NCBI GenBank assembly: GCA_965216755.1
Contig: CBDCGL010000011.1
Span: 3,712,001-3,776,000, forward strand
Length of the DNA stretch: 64,000 nucleotides
Direction: 5' to 3'
Source: Alphaproteobacteria bacterium
Lineage (GTDB): Bacteria > Pseudomonadota > Alphaproteobacteria > UBA7887
Shown: one piece after another, positions 58,260-64,000 of the stretch
Layout of the letters: the number at the start of each line of letters is the position of its first letter
Numbering within the stretch: position 1 is the stretch's first letter
Notes under the pieces: model-generated
Seen by the model: only the letters and a program-made list of their open reading frames with translations
What the model was told of the DNA's origin: nothing
The model's database searches: none
Position numbers and translations under genes: made by a program

Positions 58260-58423
58260 TTTTTATAATATCCCTTGTCAAATGATTTCGGGCGGACAGC
58301 CGGGCGGATAATTGTCATTTGACTCCTTGCGCGACGGTCAAGTTTTCGACGTTGTGTACAAATGGCCGAATGGGGCGGCGCAGTCGGCCGAGTATCGGGT
58401 AGCGAATCGCGCTTGCAGCCAAT

Positions 58424-58846
58424 TCAGTTTTCGGCTACGCGCTCGATTTCGACGCCGACTCCGCCGGCATCGGCGATAACATCCAGTTTCTCCACGCGGA
58501 CCCAGGCACGATCGACGCGGCGATCGTCCAAACACAGGTCAGCGATTCGCTGGGCCAAAGTCTCGACCAAATTGAGATGTCCAGAATCAACAATGGTGCG
58601 GATCTGGTCGACGACATGTTCATAGCTGACCACATCGCTGATATGGTCACCAAACGGTGCGGCCGCGTCCCTGATATCCAGGCGCACATTGATTCGCACG
58701 CGCTGGCGTTTACCGCGTTCATGGGCATAAACGCCGATCTCACATGGCAACACAAGATCGCGTACGAACAAGCGCCGCGCGACGGTTGTGCGCGTACTTA
58801 GGCGCAGGGGTTCAATGGTACCGTGCCCCGGCAAGCGTTTGGCCAT
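58424..58846 (-). CDS. folB: Dihydroneopterin aldolase
   Basis: IGVYAHE...QRVRINV, VSYE, LVETLA, VRVEK, VGVEIER. Confidence 0.9.
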   Translation of the reverse strand: MAKRLPGHGTIEPLRLSTRTTVARRLFVRDLVLPCEIGVYAHERGKRQRVRINVRLDIRDAAAPFGDHISDVVSYEHVVDQIRTIVDSGHLNLVETLAQRIADLCLDDRRVDRAWVRVEKLDVIADAGGVGVEIERVAEN

Positions 58847-58856
58847 AAACAAAAGC

Positions 58857-59618
58857 CTATTCAGGAGGCGGCGCCTGTTGCGCCGACGGCGCCCAACCCA
58901 AATGCTGACCGCCATCCAGGGCGATCATTTGCCCGGTCATGGCCGGCGCGTCCAGAATAAAAAGCACGGCCGCGGCAATCTCGCCTGGACTTGTGCCACG
59001 TCCCAAAGGCATCGAGCGACATTGGGCGGCGAATTGCTCGGGTGTCTGCCGCGGGCTCGGCAATGTCGGCCCCGGACCGATGGCGTTGACGCGAATGTTG
59101 GGCGCCAATGCGAGGGCCATGGTTTGAGTTAGGGTCCACAGGCCTGTCTTAGAGACGGTGTATGACACGAAATAGGGGGTCAGATTCCACACCCGTTCGT
59201 CGATAATATTGACGATTGTGCCTTGGCGGTTTGCGCCGAGAGCCTTGGCGAATTCTTGCATCAGCACAAAGGGCGCACGCAGATTGACCGCCATGTGGCG
59301 GTCCCAACTGGCTCTGGTTGCCGTTGCGACATCGTCGGCTTCAAATAACGCGGCGTTGTTGATCAAGACACTGATGGGGCCAAGGGTGGTCTCCGCGCTG
59401 CCGATCAGCGCTGCCGTCTCCCCTTCGTCGGTCAAGTCAGCGGCAAGGGCAACCGCGCGGCCGCCCTCGGATTCGATGGTTGCCACCGCCGTCTCGGCGG
59501 CCGCCTGGCCGGTGTGATAATGCACGGCGACCGCATAGTCGGCGCGGCCGAGGGCGAGCGCGATCGCCTCTCCGATGCGCGCGCCGCCGCCTGTCACCAA
59601 TGCGGTTCCTCGTGACAT
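58857..59618 (-). CDS. SDR oxidoreductase (pteridine reductase / FolM-like)
   Basis: TGGGARIG, AVHY, NNAA.F..D, NLRAPF, YTVSK, LAP.IRVNAIGPG, TGQ.IALDGG. Adjacent to folB. Confidence 0.85.
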   Translation of the reverse strand: MSRGTALVTGGGARIGEAIALALGRADYAVAVHYHTGQAAAETAVATIESEGGRAVALAADLTDEGETAALIGSAETTLGPISVLINNAALFEADDVATATRASWDRHMAVNLRAPFVLMQEFAKALGANRQGTIVNIIDERVWNLTPYFVSYTVSKTGLWTLTQTMALALAPNIRVNAIGPGPTLPSPRQTPEQFAAQCRSMPLGRGTSPGEIAAAVLFILDAPAMTGQMIALDGGQHLGWAPSAQQAPPPE

Positions 59619-59694
59619 AGGCGGGAGAGTGGCGTATGCGGGGGGCGACGGCAAGTACCCGCGATCAGGCGGTTGCGGACTAAGGAATTATGAG

Positions 59695-60681
59695 ATGAAG
59701 GCACAGATTTTGCGCGCTTTTGGCGACGCGGACCAGCTTGAACTGACCGATTGGCCGGATCCGGACTGCCGCGCAGGTGAAGTGTTGGTGCGCATTGGCG
59801 CCGCCAGCATCAATCCCGTCGACTATAAATCGCGCCAGGCGGGGCCGCCATTCGCACCGCAACCGCCGGCGGTGATGGGCATGGACTTGGCTGGTACCGT
59901 CGAAAGGGTCGGTGACGGCGTGACCGAATTTCAACCGGGCGACAAGGTGTATGGCTGCGCCGGCGGCATCCGCGGCCTGGGCGGCACTTATGCCGAGCTG
60001 ATCGCCACCGATCATCGATTGCTCGCTAAAGCGCCAACAAGCCTCTCCATCCGCGAGGTTGCGGCGTTGCCGCTGGTGTCGATCACCGCTTGGGAAGCCC
60101 TACATGATCGCGCCCATGTCAAATCAGGCGACAAAGTGCTGGTCCATGCCGGAACCGGCGGTGTCGGCCATATTGGAATTCAATTGGCGAAGGCCGCGGG
60201 CGCATGGGTCTGCGCCACGGTATCCAACGACGATAAGGCGCGCATTTCCCGGCAACTGGGCGCCGACGAAACAATCAACTACCGAACCGAAGCGCCGGCC
60301 GACTATGTCGCACGCCTGACCGACGGGCAGGGCTTTGACATCGTCTTAGACACGGTCGGCGGCGACAATATCGCGCCATCGTTGGATGCCGCGCGGCTCA
60401 ACGGCACGGTCGTGACGATCATGGCGCGCGCCAACCTTGATCTTGGCGCGATGCATGTCAAAGGGCTCTCGTTGCACGCCGTCTTCATGCTGATCCCGAT
60501 GATTCACGATGTTGGTCGCGCCCGCCATGGCGCGATTTTGACCGAACTCGCCGCCTTGGTCGACGCCGGCAAGGTCAAGCCGCTGCTCGACGAGCTGGAC
60601 TTCACGCTGGCGCAATTGCCAGACGCCATGCGACGCCTGGAATCGGGCGCAGCTATCGGCAAGGTCGTTGTGACGGTCTAA
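59695..60681 (+). CDS. Zinc-binding dehydrogenase superfamily / quinone oxidoreductase-like protein
   Basis: SINPVD.K, GMDLAG.V, GTYAE, LPLVSITAWE, HAGTGGVGH, GKVV. Confidence 0.9.
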   Translation: MKAQILRAFGDADQLELTDWPDPDCRAGEVLVRIGAASINPVDYKSRQAGPPFAPQPPAVMGMDLAGTVERVGDGVTEFQPGDKVYGCAGGIRGLGGTYAELIATDHRLLAKAPTSLSIREVAALPLVSITAWEALHDRAHVKSGDKVLVHAGTGGVGHIGIQLAKAAGAWVCATVSNDDKARISRQLGADETINYRTEAPADYVARLTDGQGFDIVLDTVGGDNIAPSLDAARLNGTVVTIMARANLDLGAMHVKGLSLHAVFMLIPMIHDVGRARHGAILTELAALVDAGKVKPLLDELDFTLAQLPDAMRRLESGAAIGKVVVTV

Positions 60682-61937
60682 GCGTCTGTGGAACTCGCCA
60701 TGGTGATGCGCACCAAAGCGACACCCAGCCACAGAGCGCACAGCCACCAGGCTTGCCAGACGCCATAGGACAGGCTGCACAGCGTCAATCCGGCGATCAA
60801 AGTCGCCGCCACTGCGCCCTTGCCCAGCCGATCGGGCCCAACGCGCGGCACGGAAAATAACAGGGCGACGGTCAGGGCGGCCAACGTCATGGCGCCCGGT
60901 AGGCCCAGTTCCAACCAAATCTGCAGGCCCGCATTGTGCGGGTGCAAGGGCATCACGGTCATGCCGCCATAGGTCTCGGCGGGCAAACCCGGATTAACGT
61001 CGACCAACCGCTGGCCGCCACCTGGAATCGCCCGCGCCGAATCGAGCCCCCAGCCGGTCAATGGTCGTTCATAGATTTTTTCGCCGGTGAATTGCCAGAT
61101 ATACAGGCGGTGAACCCCCGTCGACGGCCATGTGGCATGGTCCGGCTGGGCGAGCATGCGGCCCGACAAGAATGTGATCAGTACCGGCGCAAACAAAGTC
61201 ATCAGACATTGGCTGATCGCCAACACCCGCGTCATGATGTAGGGGGCAATGGTGATCAAGATCATGGTCAGGGTGCCGGTAAACAAACCGGTTAGGGCAG
61301 AGCCGCTCTCCGCGACCACCAGCAGGCCGACGCAGACGGCGAGCGCCGCGATCGCGATCAGCCATGAGCGCTGCAATAAATAGTAACAAACCGGCCAAAT
61401 GATCAACGCGGCGACGGTCGCGGCCGGATTGAGGATGGCGCGTCCGTAGCGTGCCGGTTCGTCGAACAACAGGCGGCGGATCGCTTGATTGCTGCCGATG
61501 TCGATGGCAAACAAAGCCAGGCCCAGTGCCGCGCCCCAGGCGGCCATGGTGCCGATATAGCGGACCTCGCTGGGGTTTAGGCGCGGCAGCCCACCGATCA
61601 AGACAAAGCCGCCGCCAACGATGGCGATCAGTTCGATTGCCTGACGAATCGAACGTTCAGGATCCCCCGACCACGCCGCCGAAAACGTTGCCCATAAAAG
61701 AAAAATCGTAAACGCGTTGACGTAGACCCGGGGCAGCAACCGCCACGTGAACTGTCGTTGTCGCAGCAGGTCGAGCGATGCGCAGGCCGCAATGACGGCC
61801 AAAATTGTCAACGCCTTGTGGGCAATCACGGCAGTCGGCAGGATCATGAACAGTGACACCGCCAGAACATGCACGGCCAATGGCCGCGCCGTCGAGCCAA
61901 TGGCCGCCACGGCGCCGTCGCGCGTGTCTGTCGTCAT
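60678..61937 (-). CDS. O-antigen ligase family membrane protein
   Basis: Multiple TM helices, HRLYIW, RPLTGWGLD, LHPHN..LQIWLELG. Confidence 0.85.
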   Translation of the reverse strand: MTTDTRDGAVAAIGSTARPLAVHVLAVSLFMILPTAVIAHKALTILAVIAACASLDLLRQRQFTWRLLPRVYVNAFTIFLLWATFSAAWSGDPERSIRQAIELIAIVGGGFVLIGGLPRLNPSEVRYIGTMAAWGAALGLALFAIDIGSNQAIRRLLFDEPARYGRAILNPAATVAALIIWPVCYYLLQRSWLIAIAALAVCVGLLVVAESGSALTGLFTGTLTMILITIAPYIMTRVLAISQCLMTLFAPVLITFLSGRMLAQPDHATWPSTGVHRLYIWQFTGEKIYERPLTGWGLDSARAIPGGGQRLVDVNPGLPAETYGGMTVMPLHPHNAGLQIWLELGLPGAMTLAALTVALLFSVPRVGPDRLGKGAVAATLIAGLTLCSLSYGVWQAWWLCALWLGVALVRITMASSTDA

Positions 61938-62041
61938 TCTGGTTCCGGTTGGTTACGTGAGCCGTCATTTTGCGGCGCTGGGCGCCGAATTTGCGGCGAG
62001 CATAGGCGCGGCAATTCAGTCTGTCACGGCTTGCCCGGCTA

Positions 62042-64000
<1,959 letters not shown>

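Noticed and set aside
58100-58340. Chromosomal origin oriC
   Set aside because: Too few and imperfect DnaA boxes, and none of the usual origin-neighbouring genes (hemE, parAB, dnaA).

Overview
GC-rich alphaproteobacterial chromosome segment with a Rhodospirillales-like gene order. About 16.4-64 kb is mostly conserved housekeeping DNA: MoxR/DUF58/DUF4159 cluster, cca, hemF, trmL, petABC, mtnP, ychF-pth-rplY-prs, pgeF, lgt, rfaD, proC, rpoH, MarR-OmpR-EnvZ, ilvE, moaE/moaD/moeA/mobB, pgsA, uvrC, folB and uvrB (split by a 1-nt homopolymer frameshift). The first ~16 kb is accessory. Its best novelty candidate is a tightly packed five-gene minus-strand unit: two tandem secreted alpha/beta-hydrolase paralogs, an orphan ABC-type substrate-binding protein, an exported atypical peroxiredoxin-like protein and a Cache-HAMP class III nucleotide cyclase. 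It could be a 'hydrolyse, bind, signal' envelope sensing module. A DcmR-like HTH-MEDS regulator lies divergent from a DcaP-like porin, with clear palindromic operator candidates between them. Non-coding highlights: two diverged copies of a TAG-bounded palindromic MITE-like repeat (one with nested hairpins and an end-to-end ORF inside the pth-ychF operon), a DnaA-box/IHF-site cluster upstream of uvrC, an AT-rich scar at the ychF 3' end, and a collapsed dienelactone hydrolase pseudogene. No rRNA, tRNA, CRISPR array or transposase was recognised. Family calls come from motif recognition, not database searches.
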